From assembly GCA_002269645.1 (NCBI GenBank), contig NIVC01003499.1:1-64000 (forward strand): 64,000 nucleotides of DNA. Reading direction: 5' to 3'. Origin of the DNA: Macrostomum lignano (lineage: Eukaryota). The translations under genes were made by a program, and so were the position numbers. Of this stretch, positions 30,101 to 42,145 are shown piece after piece; positions within the stretch are counted from its first letter, which is position 1; each line of letters starts with the position of its first letter. The notes beneath the pieces were generated by a model, which searched no databases, was not told the origin of the DNA, and saw nothing but the letters and a program-made list of their open reading frames with translations.

Positions 30101-30579
30101 AAGGAACTGTAAGGAACTGTAAGGAACTGTAAGAAACTGTAAAAACTGTAAGGAACTGCCGTTCGCTGAAGTCCGAGTACAGCACTATTGTGGTAAAGAG
30201 CTTTTTTTAGGTACAGTTGCAATTTTTACATCCGGGATAGCCAAGCTCCTCAAGCACCCACACCATCATCAAAGCATCAAACTAAGATATGAAAGTTTCG
30301 AGAGCTCGAAATCAGACAATGAGTACTTTTTTGAGCTTTAGATTCATGTGAGTAACAGATATATCGCTTGCTAAAATTTCAATCCGTTAAAGTGATTAAA
30401 GTGTTAAACGCATTAAAATATTGAAGGTTCAAAACCTACACTTTGACTTACCTTAAATTGGACGCGTCAATGTCAATGCCAACGACAACTTTTTTGACAG
30501 GTTCTGCTGTCACAAAATTGCTTGGGTAGTTGAATGGCAGCAGTGTGATTATGAGAATAACTTCTCCGAGCGGTCTCAT
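27166..30579 (-). CDS. Atypical ER-luminal Hsp70 (BiP-related, probably ATPase-impaired), 576 aa, 3 exons: 30579-30452, 29494-28060, 27333-27166
   Basis: Exon 1 reads MRPLGEVILIITLLPF...VVVGIDIDASNL and ends AG|GTAAGT. Exon 2 reads [41 protein letters not shown] (BiP-like). Exon 3 reads VSVLEIQT...DKQEL-stop. Phases 2 and 0 are consistent, with canonical GT-AG. Confidence 0.88.
27425..28020. repeat. 32-bp minisatellite in Hsp70-like intron 2 (GAGCATTCTGTGGGTTGCTGCTACTCTAATCT)
   Basis: Direct inspection. Confidence 0.95.
29520..30158. repeat. 10-bp satellite (AAGGAACTGT/AAGAAACTGT), ~63 copies, in Hsp70-like intron 1
   Basis: Direct inspection. Confidence 0.95.
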
Positions 30580-30897
30580 CTTTGGTATCTTTCTAAGAAA
30601 TGTCTAAAAGGTCCTAACAAAAGACAGTCGCCGTTCTCCAACTACAATTTCAAGTGTAAGTCCTGCTTTTTTATAATAGTCTCAGAAGCATAGTGCAAAA
30701 ATCTTGGTACCTAGTTAGTTTGTTCGTTCTGTCTTATTATGAACACATACCGTAGCCTGTACATCACTATACAGCTGTGTCAGTGACGCACACATTCTAT
30801 GAATTGACTACAGGCTTTAGCCTCGCTACGTTGCCCTTTTGTTACCTTCTATGCAATAATCTTAAGTTAGTTGATGCAGGTATTTGTGCAGAAAGGC

Positions 30898-31320
30898 TTC
30901 TGACACAAATCGGAGGTCGGGTTCTGACACAAATCCGAGGTTGGGAATTCTGACACAAATCCGAGGTTGGGAATTCTGACACAAATCCGAGGTTGGGAAT
31001 TCTGACACAAATCCGAGGTTGGGAATTCTGACACAAATCCGAAGTTGGGAATTCTGACACAAATCCGAGGTTGGGAATTCTGACACAAATCCGAGGTTGG
31101 GAATTCTGACACAAATCCGAGGTTGGGAATTCTGACACAAATCCGAAGTTGGGAATTCTGACACAAATCCGAGGTTGGGTTCTGACACAAATCCGAGGTT
31201 GGGTTCTGACACGAATCCAGGGTCGGGTTCTGACACAAATCCAAGGTCGGCTTCTGACACAAATTCAAGGTCGGGTTCTGACACAAATCCAAGGTTGGGA
31301 ATTCTGACACAAATCCGGGT
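30898..31320. repeat. 26-bp minisatellite (CTGACACAAATCCGAGGTTGGGAATT)
   Basis: Direct inspection. Confidence 0.95.
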
Positions 31321-31727
31321 CTCAGAGAATTCGCTAGCAGTGTTAAAATTGAATGTGGGCTGATTTTAAATTTTATAACACGACATTATTTAGTGTTTTG
31401 TATTTAATAAATTACTAAATAAATATTTAAGCTGTTTCAGTTACAAAAACGGCTATTTCAGCTTTTTGCGCTAAATTTTTGTAACAACATTATCGTAATT
31501 TTCATTAAAACTGACTGAAACAAAAAAAATGAAAATATAATGTCTGTAGAAAAACTGGTGCTTAAGGTGGCGGGGGAAATTTCTAAAATGAGAAAAATTA
31601 AACACAATAAAATAGAGATTTTTTAATAATAATTAAGCATTTCTAACAACAAAAAGCTCCGCCATGGACAATAGCGTAGGTATATAATATCATAGTAGTT
31701 ATATCAATTTCGGGGCAAATGCTTCTC

Positions 31728-31900
31728 AGAAGCTACTGACACCTGCCAGAAGCTACTGACACCTGCCAGAAGCTACTGACACCTGCCAGAAGCTACTGAC
31801 ACCTGCCAGAAGCTACTGACATCTGACAGAAGCTACTGACACCTGCCAGAAGCTACTGACACCTGCCAGAAGCTACTGACACCTGACAGAAGCTACTGAC
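31728..31900. repeat. 20-bp minisatellite (AGCTACTGACACCTGCCAGA)
   Basis: Direct inspection. Confidence 0.9.
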
Positions 31901-32180
31901 AGGAGAGACAGACGCTATTAGCAACTGACAACAGGAACTACTGACTACTACAGCTGGCTAAATTTACAATTGACAAAAAGTATTAAAATATTTACAACTG
32001 ACAGAAGCTGAACTAGATTATAGAACGTACCCCAAGTGACAACTGACAGAATTTTTAGCTCAAAAAACGCCTTCATCACTGCCCTAAAGAGTAACAAGAA
32101 TTAGTAAAGATGACATAGAAATCTTCTAATCCGTAGTCTCAATGGTCCATGACAAATTGTCCATGACAAATTCAAGCAGT

Positions 32181-35100
32181 TCACAGCTGGCACACTGCCA
32201 GCATTGGCTGAGTCTCCTGCCGAACGTCCTGCCCAGCCAGGTGAGTCATGTGGACGCTGCTGCTGCCTTGGCAGTGTTCGAAGCTTCCAGCCACGAAGTT
32301 GCCTTCATCAATACCATCTCTGCCGATCGCCGGGACGCCACGAGCTCTTCCAGCAGCTGCAGCGCCGGACGGCAAAACCTGCAAGTCAACGTTCACCTCC
32401 TCAGCGCGACGTCTTCTGCCGCGAAGTTCACGGCCTTGCGTATCGTCGACGCCGCCTAGTCCGCGCCTGGCGCCACCGCCCAGGCCACTAGCGCTGGCGC
32501 CGCTATCGCCAGCGGCTCGCCAACAGCGGCAGCATCGGGACACCACCTGCAGGAAATGAGCTCGGAATCGCTTGCTGATGATGCACAGGGTGATCGGGTT
32601 GCTGGCTGAGTAGGCCGACGGCAGCAGCTTGGCGATCATCTTGATCCAGACAAATGCCTCGGTTACCTGCCGATGGTGATAATTAGGTTATAGATGCAAG
32701 AGTCCTAAGAAGGTACGTTCTAATAACTCGTACGTCCTATTGTATTTATCTTTGGTGACAAAATTCACCAACCTTCCCCACTCACCTGCTTGGACAGGAA
32801 GAAGTGCAGCATGGTTATGTAGTCGAGTGCCCAGGCGACAAAGAACACGGCAGCCAGGCACAGCACCAGCTTGGCCAGTTTTTTCCTACTCTCAATCTGA
32901 TTGGCGGCGGAAACGTTGGCTCGCTCGGAAGCGGCCGCGGCTCGCTCGTGAGCTCGGGCAGTTTTCATCAGCTTGCCAGCCATCAGGCCGTAGAACACGG
33001 CAATCAGAGCGCCTGGGAGCAGGTAGTAGAGAGCTAGCTTGAGCAGTACCATGGTTGTGCGATAGGTTGACCCCAGCTGGCTGGGAACGGGTAGCAATGC
33101 TTGATCAACAAGCAACGGTGTCGCTTCTCTTCAATGTCCGCGCTCACGGCGTAGGGTATGGCTAGGACCACTGCGATTGGTGGAAGGGTTTTGCGTCGTT
33201 GTGTAACATTTTGTACTGATTGTGCATTCTGTAACATTTGTATCATTTTTATCATTCTGTAACCATTTGTACCATTCTGTAACCAATTGTACCATTCTGT
33301 AACCAATTGTATCATTCTGTAACCAATTGTACCATTCTGTAACCAATTGTACCATTCTGTAACCAATTGTACCATTCTGTAACCAATTGTATCATTCTGT
33401 AACCAATTGTACCATTCTGTAACCAATTGTATCATTCTGTAACCAATTGTACCATTCTGTAACCAATTGTATCATTCTGTAACCAATTGTACCATTCTGT
33501 AACCAATTGTACCATTCTGTAACCAATTGTACCATTCTGTAACCATTTGTACCATTCTGTAACCAATTGTATCATTCTGTAACCAATTGTACCATTCTGT
33601 AACCAATTGTACCATTCTGTAACCAATTGTACCATTCTGTAACCAATTGTACCATTCTGTAACCAATTGTATCATTCTGTAACCAATTGTACCATTCTGT
33701 AACCAATTGTACCATTCTGTAACCAATTGTACCATTCTGTAACCAATTGTATCATTCTGTAACCAATTGTACCATTCTGTAACCAATTGTACCATTCTGT
33801 AACCAATTGTACCATTCTGTAACCAATTGTACCATTCTGTAACCAATTGTACCATTCTGTAACTATTTGCACCGTTCTGTAACCATTTTACCATTTTATA
33901 AGCATTTGAACTATTCTGTAACAGGTTGTACCTTTATGTAACGTTTGTACCACAGAATACAGTGCATTCTGTGGTTTGTACCTTTGTATATTACGCTTTT
34001 ATCTAAAACTCTTTCTCACTATGCTGTCGCCACTCACCAGCAGCAATCCAGATGATCCCAAGGCCCAGTTTGGTAACAAAACCTGGCCTCGAAGATTTCA
34101 AATTCGACATCGGCCTGGTGATGGCAAGGCACCTGTACAGCAGTTTGGGTGAGTTTGTATTCGTTAGTAATTACTGAAGTGAGTAGTGCAACCCAAAATC
34201 ATATGTACTGAAAGTGCATCACTGAGCGCTATCATAAGTTGTTGCTTACGTTCTGAAAACTAACAAAGAAAAGAAAGTTTCCAGACAGTGTCCTGCATTT
34301 CATGATTGATTGCTTCAATATTTGCTTCTAGAAAGTGACTTTCCCTCAGATCCCGCAAAGCAAACAGCAGAAGCCAAGAGGAGGAGTGTCTTGGGCAGCT
34401 GTCGTGAGAATTCGTCACTCCTCGGAGATTCGGGAAAAGTGAACTCCAAAGCTCATAATAATTTGATAGCCAAATAGGAAACAATTTTCTTCGGCAGCAG
34501 CTCTGGAGCAACAGTCGTGAGGGCGGAAATTGAAGACCCTGTGTTTTCAAGAGCAGATGCTCCTTCCACCTTGGACTGCAGAAGAAGTTAATCAGGCGCA
34601 CGAGCGCGGGATCTAGATCAGCTTTTTCCACCTGGCTGACCCTTATTTTCCGGCAGAACTAGTTTAAATAACATGCGTTGGTTTGTTTGGCTTCATCCGG
34701 TTCACCCCGCCAGTTCGCATCACTCTATTTCACTGTTCAGCGAGGTTTCAGGGTGGGTAATTCAAACGGATATTCAATTTGACAAATTGGCTCAACGGTA
34801 ATGAGCATACTGTGCGCCACAAAAGGCTTCACCAATTCAAACCTAATTATACGCCAGCTTAAGGCTGAATTCTACTTTGCAGATAAGTCTTTACTTATCT
34901 GCTACATCTCTCTGCGTCAGGGAGACGTTGTCAGGTTATTCATTGAGTGGCTAAGATTTGACTTGGTATCTTACAATAAAATCATTTCCTTTTTTCATTA
35001 TCAGTTCCCTGTCAGACTCTACAGTTGAATTGGTATGATCTGTTTCATATTTCAAAAACGTGTCAGCAATTGAATCGAAGCGCAAACCTGTCGATCGACA

Positions 35101-35503
35101 GAGCAACCAGGGTGTATACGGAGACTCCCACGGTTAGAAACCGGCAGAAATAGATCGTCTTGCACAGGAAGACCGGCAGCTGGACGCCAAATTTGCTAAT
35201 TATATCGCACGGAATGAACAGCATCAGGTAGACGCAGTCAGCCGCGGCTAAATTTGTTATAAACAGATTCGGCGTGGTTCTCAAACGCTTGTTACTGGCA
35301 ATGATGAAGATGAGAATGAGATTGCCGCTCAGGCCTAGCAGAAACACTGTGCACTGCAGGCTGATGTGCGTCTTGTCCATGGCTCCTATTTCCGGTTGGT
35401 ACATGGAGTAGTTGAAGCATTCAGGCTTGGAGGCATTGATGTCATTGACTGCCTCCGTAGCTGACCCGTCTTCTACTGACGAGTTCAGGTTTGTTGTCGA
35501 CAT
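32181..35503 (-). CDS. Class A neuropeptide GPCR of the CCHamide/bombesin/endothelin receptor clade, 4 exons: 35503-35088, 34132-34038, 33170-32786, 32666-32181
   Basis: GN in TM1, PNLFITNLAAAD, TVGVSVYTLVALSIDR(C), CYPFPASWG.TY..TMVLLK..LYYLLP..IAVFY (CCHamide-receptor-like ECL2/TM5), Q..SRKKLAKLVL and NPITL. Splice phases are consistent. A 1-bp frameshift lies in the C4 run at 33071-33074. Confidence 0.85.
33225..33895. repeat. 20-bp minisatellite (ACCATTCTGTAACCAATTGT) in GPCR intron 2
   Basis: Direct inspection. Confidence 0.95.
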
Positions 35504-36684
35504 CCCGTTGGTCTTGGCCTGGCGTTAAAACTCTGCGAAAAAAACAGGATAATCTACTTGACAAAAATTATACTAAATGATTATAAATTAATTACAATGC
35601 TGCCGTTTTCGTCAGTTTCGTTTCTGACCACTCCACCACTCCATGTACTTCAGGCGCAACAGACAAAGTTTCCTATCCAGCGTTGATATGCAAATGCTGT
35701 GTTTACATAGGATTCCCCTATTGCAATGTGTCCCAAACCGGTACCCAGTCACATAGCGGCAGACTGAGAGGCAGCGCGTTGAATCGAATTGCCATGCCAC
35801 AGTGGCTATGCGGCCGCCTTAATCCCCAGATACACAGTTGGTGACAGTGAATTTTGTTTAGTTGCTATGCCGAGAGAGCGATCCTAGCAACTGATGGGAA
35901 TGCTAAGTGGCAGCAGTTCGGTAAATCATGACGGGAATGCAGCTTTTCGCAGCCCCTGAATGCAGGCACAAATGCTTGCTTATGCAGCAGAGGCAGAAGT
36001 CAAAACCAATACGAGATCTTTTATCTAAAAACTGGATAAATATTTTCATTTCACTGACCGACATTTGACAGTCGGAAGTTCAGCTAGTGCAGATGCATTC
36101 CTGAGTCGATGATGACTCAGTGACTGAGAAGTGCTCACTAACTCACTACAACAATTTTTATAATTTCGCTGAATGAATACTTACCAGACGGTAAGAGCCG
36201 GTCGCTGCCTACCTGTTTTTTTGTGGAGCTTCTGGTTACCTGAGTGAAATCTAGAGCTATTTAAAGGAGAAATTTTTCAACGCCGAAACTGGTAGACTGA
36301 TAATGGGAAGGAAAAGCGAGGGCTCCTATAGCCCCAGAATCCGTTGGGATTTTATAGCCAGCTACAACCCACGCAGGTTTCCCACTCTGTCTCCCTCCTC
36401 CCCAGCCGAGTGCCACTCCAGCCAATGACTATTGCCATCTATAGGTTTTGGCGTTCGCTTTAGAGGTCCTAGTTTTCTCTGAGTCAGTCTCGATCCGCTT
36501 CATTCATCCTATGCTCAGAAGGCCCCTGCATTCCACCCAGTTTCGCTAAAAAATATTTACCCTTTTTTGTTGTGCTCTACTGAATGCTTAACTGCATCGA
36601 TTGACAATTTGTCTGACTGGGATCTTGAAACAGGTGCATTAATTGGATTCCGTGCGTGACAACAAAATGCACCATGCTGGGACC

Positions 36685-37279
36685 TGACGTCGGCGACGAC
36701 CTAGCGAGACGGCGCTGCAAGGCCTGGGCTGCCTTCCGATCTGTGCGGGCGGTGCTGCTCTCCGAGGCCTTGTCCGACGGCGCCAGGTCCCAGCTGTTCC
36801 AGGCGGTTGTTGAGACCGCCCTGCTGTACAATGCTGAGACGTGGACGCTGACCGGGGCGCTTGAGGCGCAGCTCGACGCGGTGCATGCGGCCCTAGTCCA
36901 CGCCGCTTTCGGCGCCCGCCGCGGCCTTGGTAGCGAGACAATCGAGTCCCTGTACAAGCGCACAGGCCTGACGCGGCCTTCTGCCCTGCTGAGTCAGCGG
37001 CTTGCCGAACATGTCATCCGGGCCGAAGCCTACTGCCCAGAGCCGCTGCAGGACGTCCTGCTGTGGACCCCGCAGGAACCGCGCAGGCGTGGCCAGGGAC
37101 GATCAGCCCGCTACGTCGACCGCCTTTTTGAAGACGCGCGAGCACCCAGCCAGGCGGCCGGTGTGAAGCACGTTAGAGACCTAGCTCTGAAACGCGCGAT
37201 TTGACGCTCCCCCCTCTTGGCCACTCCCGTGGCTGGCGTGGGGCGTAAATATATTATTATTATTATTATTATTATTATT
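36685..37279 (+). mobile_element. 5'-truncated RTE-clade non-LTR retrotransposon (ORF C-terminus, 3' UTR, (ATT)n tail)
   Basis: D.ARRRCKAWAAFR...LFQAVVETALLYNAETWTLT...RRRGQGRSARYVD.L is an RTE-type post-RT region. Stop at 37202-37204 and (ATT)n tail ~37251-37279. 11-bp TSD ATGCTGGGACC at 36674-36684 and 37280-37290. Confidence 0.9.
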
Positions 37280-37459
37280 ATGCTGGGACCGCGATGTTTG
37301 TCGCGCTATTCACGAAGCCTGTCACGAAGGCGGAATGCTTTCACAGACCGTGAATTTCACATTCCATCATCCACACCCCTGTGCCTGTACGTACGTACCC
37401 TGTACGTTTGCATGCTCCGCAGCGGTCAGCAAACCTACATGCAAATTTAGTAGAGGCAA

Positions 37460-37730
37460 AGGCCTGTGTGCACCCTGGCGCGCTTTAAGCGACATTGCGC
37501 AGTCATACGCACAACTGATCCTAAAGTGGCCCTAACTTTACTTATCGTTGGGCATGTACACTTCACTGTGCCTTGGGGGTTGACCTTCAAGCGCGTTAAT
37601 TGCACGAGCAGAGCCAAGCCGAGATTCCAGTTTAGCCCCAAAATTAATGTGACTGCAATTGGAATCGAGCCTGGGCCGCTGGCACACCAGAGCGCCGCGC
37701 TGGACCTCTGGGACTCACTAACTAACCCAC
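37460..37730 (-). mobile_element. tRNA-derived SINE-like repeat (copy with B-box-like GGCTCGATTCC)
   Basis: GGAATCGAGCC at 37661-37671 plus the body core shared with the 11.8, 20.3 and 52.0 kb copies. Confidence 0.6.
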
Positions 37731-38984
37731 TGAATAATATCGAATTCAATTTTGTCACTACAGTATAACTGCTTTGATTAATGATTCGTTTTTGACGACA
37801 CTGAGCAGTGCAGCCTGTTCAAATCTCTTCAAAATAGTGGCTAATTGGCTTACGAGTCTCTAGCAAGTGTAGATGCTTAACTTATGCTGGATTTATAATC
37901 ATGTGACTCTCATCTGGTTCAGGTCCGGTTTCGCTTTTGCCAGGCACTTCCGTCTTGCCTCCTGTTTCACTGAAAACGCGCTCAAATCAATACGAGATGC
38001 GGTTAAGGATGCGATTCGAGAAGGAAGAAACCTTAACGGAACCGGAAACTTGATGGATGTAAACTGGGCCTTAGTGAAAATAAAAATATGATAAACTAAG
38101 CAGGAATATTAGCCCAGGTGTCATGTACTCTTGTACTTTACATGCACCTGGCTAATTATACTCAGGTGTCACCAGGAGTTCAGGTTGTCTTCCTGTGACA
38201 AGTACAACACGTCGTCCATTAAATCAAGCTTTGATGATTTCCTTTTCGAATTTTTAAGGTCTCCCAAAGGTGACTGTTATATGGCTGCAGTGACTGCTAA
38301 GCATTCAAACATGAGTTCATGTATTATTCGTATACACGTTTAAAACAAAATTAAAAGATTTTTTGATCCGAAATCAAAACGTATAGTTTTTTGTGTCCTA
38401 AAAATGGAGCGATATTGAGCTGAAACAAGCTGTTTAGTGCAGCAGACAGACAGCTGGCTGAAGTCAAACTCATCTGGCATTCCAGTTATGACGCTGCTAG
38501 GGAAGCCACCTAGTTTATGAGATAAAAAATCCCAGCCTTCACTCAATTTGTCATTGGCAGCTGGCTGATTCAGACTGCATAGAAAAGCGCCGGGGAATGT
38601 TATTATTTTCCATTCAGATGTCCTGAATAGTGCTGGGACACTCGGCTGCACATCTCTCACTAGTTGACATCCGAGACAACCTAGGCAACAGATGTATTCA
38701 TGACTTGAATACATTAAATGAGTAGCGGTCATAACGCCTTAATACCTTCCAAATGAAGCGAGCTTGTTTTCTTCCAACAAATTCCTGCGAATCTCTTTAT
38801 CAGTGTTCAGGCTCAGTACTAATTCTATACTGCAACGAACTCAGCTTTTGTTGAAGTAAACTGATCGAGTCGAACGCCTATTTAACCTTTTTTGCCTTGC
38901 ACGTTGTAAGGACTGCGGGGCATAAAAGCAGGGATAGCTACAGTATTAATCATGTTTGATGGAACAAGTCAGTTCAGTAGTGTA

Positions 38985-39715
38985 TATTATGGCGCCTCTC
39001 TAGTGTATATTGTGGCGCCTCTCTAGCGTATATTGTGGCGCCTCTCTAGTGTATGTTATGACACCCTTCTAGTGCATATTGTGGCGCCCCTGTCGTGTAT
39101 ATTGTGGCGCCCCTCTTGTGTATATTGTGGCGCCCCTCTCGTGTATATTGTGGTGCCCCTCTAGTGTATATTGTGGTGCCCCTCTAGTGTATATTGTGGT
39201 GCCCCTCTAGTGTATATTGTGGTGCCCCTCTCGTGTATATTGTGGTGCCCCTCTCGTGTATATTGTGGTGCCCCTCTCGTGTATATTGTGGTGCCCCTCT
39301 CGTGTATATTGTGGCGCCCCTGTCGTGTATATTGTGGCGCCCCTCTTGTGTATATTGTGGCGCCCCTCTCGTGTATATTGTGGTGCCCCTCTAGTGTATA
39401 TTGTGGTGCCCCTCTAGTGTATATTGTGGTGCCCCTCTAGTGTATATTGTGGTGCCCCTCTCGTGTATATTGTGGTGCCCCTCTCGTGTATATTGTGGTG
39501 CCCCTCTCGTGTATATTGTGGTGCCCCTCTCGTGTATATTGTGGTGCCCCTCTAGTGTATATTGTGGCGCTTCTCTAGTGTATATTATGGCACCCTTTTA
39601 GTGTATATTGTGGCGCTTCTATCTAGTGTAAAGTGTGGCGCCCCTCTCGTGTATATTGTGGCGCCCCACTCGTGTATAGTGTGGCGCCCCACTCGTGTAT
39701 AGTGTGACGCCCCCA
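38985..39715. repeat. 23-bp minisatellite (TAGTGTATATTGTGGTGCCCCTC)
   Basis: Direct inspection. Confidence 0.95.
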
Positions 39716-40494
39716 TTCTAATGGTTGAAATCAGCCTCTGTTTACAACAGCATCACTGTACGTTACAACAAAAAGCGTGATTTCTCTCAAAAAAGCTGAT
39801 TTGCTGTTATAATATCACAACATCGCAACTTCAGTTGGCGTAGAGACCAATGACAATCATGCTGTGCTCGTGAAGTCGGTTAATAAAAAACAGTTGACCT
39901 TTTCTGGACAGGAGAGCTGAAGGGTTAATGAGATTGAAAAAACAATTATCTGACAGAGAATGCAAAACCATTGCTGTGAATCATAACTTGTCATTCTGTG
40001 GGGCACTCAAATGAACTCATTATTCTTTCTCATAAGAGTACAGCTACGGGGGCTATTTGGGTGCATAGATCCGTTAGTTATCTGTTAATTTTATTACAAA
40101 AAATCTTCCCTCGATTCTATAAGTTTTCCGCTGCAAAAGATCACCTTTAACCCTGAGCAGCAACAGCCCAAATGCGAAGTAATTTATTTATTCATCAGTC
40201 TCGTCGCGAAGATGACGCAATGCTTGAGAGACTAGCTGAGGACTAGCAATCCAGTCCCCCCTTCAGGGCACCCAATAAGCAAGGAGCAAAACTTATTCAT
40301 GCAAATCCATTAAAAGTGCACATTTTCTGAAGAACCGATTCCTTCTTCAGTTTTATAAATCACCTTATTCCAGTAAAATTGTCACGGACAGAGATTCTTC
40401 ATACGAATCTCTTGATTCGAAAAGTAACAAGAGGACACAACAAAAAGCCCTCAAAAAGATAACAGGCATTCCCCCCAAAATTGAAAGAATCCCC

Positions 40495-40862
40495 CAGACC
40501 GCAAGCATCCCCCAAATGGCAAGCATCCCCCAGATAGCAAGCATCCCCCAGATAGCAAGCATCCCCCAGATAGCAAGCATCCCCCAGATAGCAAGCATCC
40601 CCCAGATAGCAAGCATCCCCCAGATAGCAAGCATCCCCAGATAGCAAGCATCCCCCAGATAGCAAGCATCCCCCAGATAGCAAGCATCCCCCAGATAGCA
40701 AGCATCCCCAGATAGCAAGCATCCCCCAGATAGCAAGCATCCCCAGATAGCAAGCATCCCCCAGATAGCAAGCATCCCCAGATAGCAAGCATCCCCAGAT
40801 AGCAAGCATCCCCCAGATAGCAAGCATCCCCCAGATAGCAAGCATCCCCCAGATAGCAAGCA
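40495..40862. repeat. 17/18-bp minisatellite (AGATAGCAAGCATCCCCC)
   Basis: Direct inspection. Confidence 0.95.
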
Positions 40863-40885
40863 TTTAGCCGTTGAGGTTTGCCCAC

Positions 40886-41470
40886 AGTCAAGGCTTGATG
40901 AGCGAAACTGGAGAAATTTGCCATACGCTCGTAGGGAGTTCGTAATGAGCTGGTACCACCTGTTGAATGTGCGTCTGGGTGAAGGCCAGTGACCAACGAA
41001 GTCTGAGCTAATATAGACTCGTGTGGTCGACGCGCTGATGAAATTTAGAGGCTTGGCAAGGCTCCGCAAGGCCCTGAGGCACTTGAGTTGATCCTTGTTA
41101 ATCCTTGGTCTTCGTCGGTATTGATAAAAGTGTTCGACTGTCTGGGTTCAATTTTAACAGGCTGAAATTCCTTCAGGTGAAACAATTCACTCCACTTTGC
41201 AGTGACAACAGCACTGCTGCTGCCAGTGTAGAAAAGTGAGGATTTATTTTGCGTGGGAAAACAATGAGACCAACCTGTCAAGCGCTGCATCCTCTTACCG
41301 TTCTGCATTTCAGCTCAGCTCCACCGTCGCTAGGGCACTTCACGATTCTCTCTCCTCTCTGCGACAGGTGAAATGCATATTACAAGTGAATAGCTTCATT
41401 TTTAATCTGTTTAAAACACGAGAGAAAAACTCAAATTTTACATTTTTTCTATCGCTGTTGTCCAGGGCGC
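40886..41470 (-). CDS. Three in-phase candidate exons of an unidentified gene (41470-41442, 41358-41299, 41141-40886)
   Basis: CTACAG|...AAT|GTAAAA, TCGCAG|...ACG|GTAAGA and CCCAG|ACA... splice in frame to GALDNSDRKN RGERIVKCPSDGGAELKCRT TVEHFYQYRRRPRINKDQLKCLRALRSL... No family recognised; start and end not found. Confidence 0.4.
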
Positions 41471-41894
41471 CTGTAGCAAAGATGAGCAGGTTATTGCTTC
41501 CTGCTTCCGTAGCTCTCCTGCGAGATTGAGATTAAGGGAACTGACACGTTGATTTCTAAATTGTTTGTCCAAAACTTGATATTGGAGTGTAAAGCAAGGC
41601 AAAAAATTATCGCGACTTTATAATCGTTGTAGAAATGTCCGTCGTCGCTACTGAAAGTAGGATATGCTAAAAAGCTCTCAGGGATTTCCTCGAAAAGAAC
41701 TCTTATGCGCTGGCCATAGACGAGAGTTGGGCCTGCATTTTTTGGCCATGAAGCATGATGGTAATAATAATTGATTAAACCACTTTAAAGCTCACTTTCA
41801 GGGAGGTTATTGACATAGATTTTATTTTGCGGGATTTAATCGATCACTTTCCCGGATATATTGCAAGGATTAATTGTATGTGTCTAAATAAGCG

Positions 41895-42145
41895 AACTTA
41901 TCTCTGCGGGGCATCCCCGGGATGAGGCGTCGTAAAAAGTCCTGGGGAAGCTGCTTCCAAACGTTTTCAATGGCATGACGCAGCTCCGCAACATTCTGTG
42001 GTGGATTCTCTTTTCGAATGCTGCGTTGTAGGAAGTCCCAGACATGCTCAATGGGATTCATGCCTGGGGACCGGGAAGCCCAGCGCAGAGTGCGCAGCTG
42101 TAGCTGTTCTTCCACAAGTGGCAGTAAGCTTCGCGCATGCTGTAA
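41895..42145 (-). pseudogene. Tc1/mariner transposase C-terminal fragment
   Basis: WASRSPGMNPIEHVWDFLQRSIRKENPPQNVAELRHAIENVWKQLPQDFLRRLIPGMPRR matches WP..SPDLNPIE..W...W..IP...LI.SM.RR. The D of SPDLN is replaced, and no TIRs were found. Confidence 0.8.

Noticed and set aside
28042-30222. Single 726-aa Hsp70 ORF with an N-terminal LQFLTVPYSS repeat
   Set aside because: The repeat is intronic. A proper exon 1 with the GID motif and GTAAGT donor lies at 30579-30452, and the C-terminus continues in exon 3.
34260-34631. 123-aa ORF in GPCR intron 1 (also 38340-38732 and 25652-25897)
   Set aside because: No recognisable family and no convincing splice or start context.
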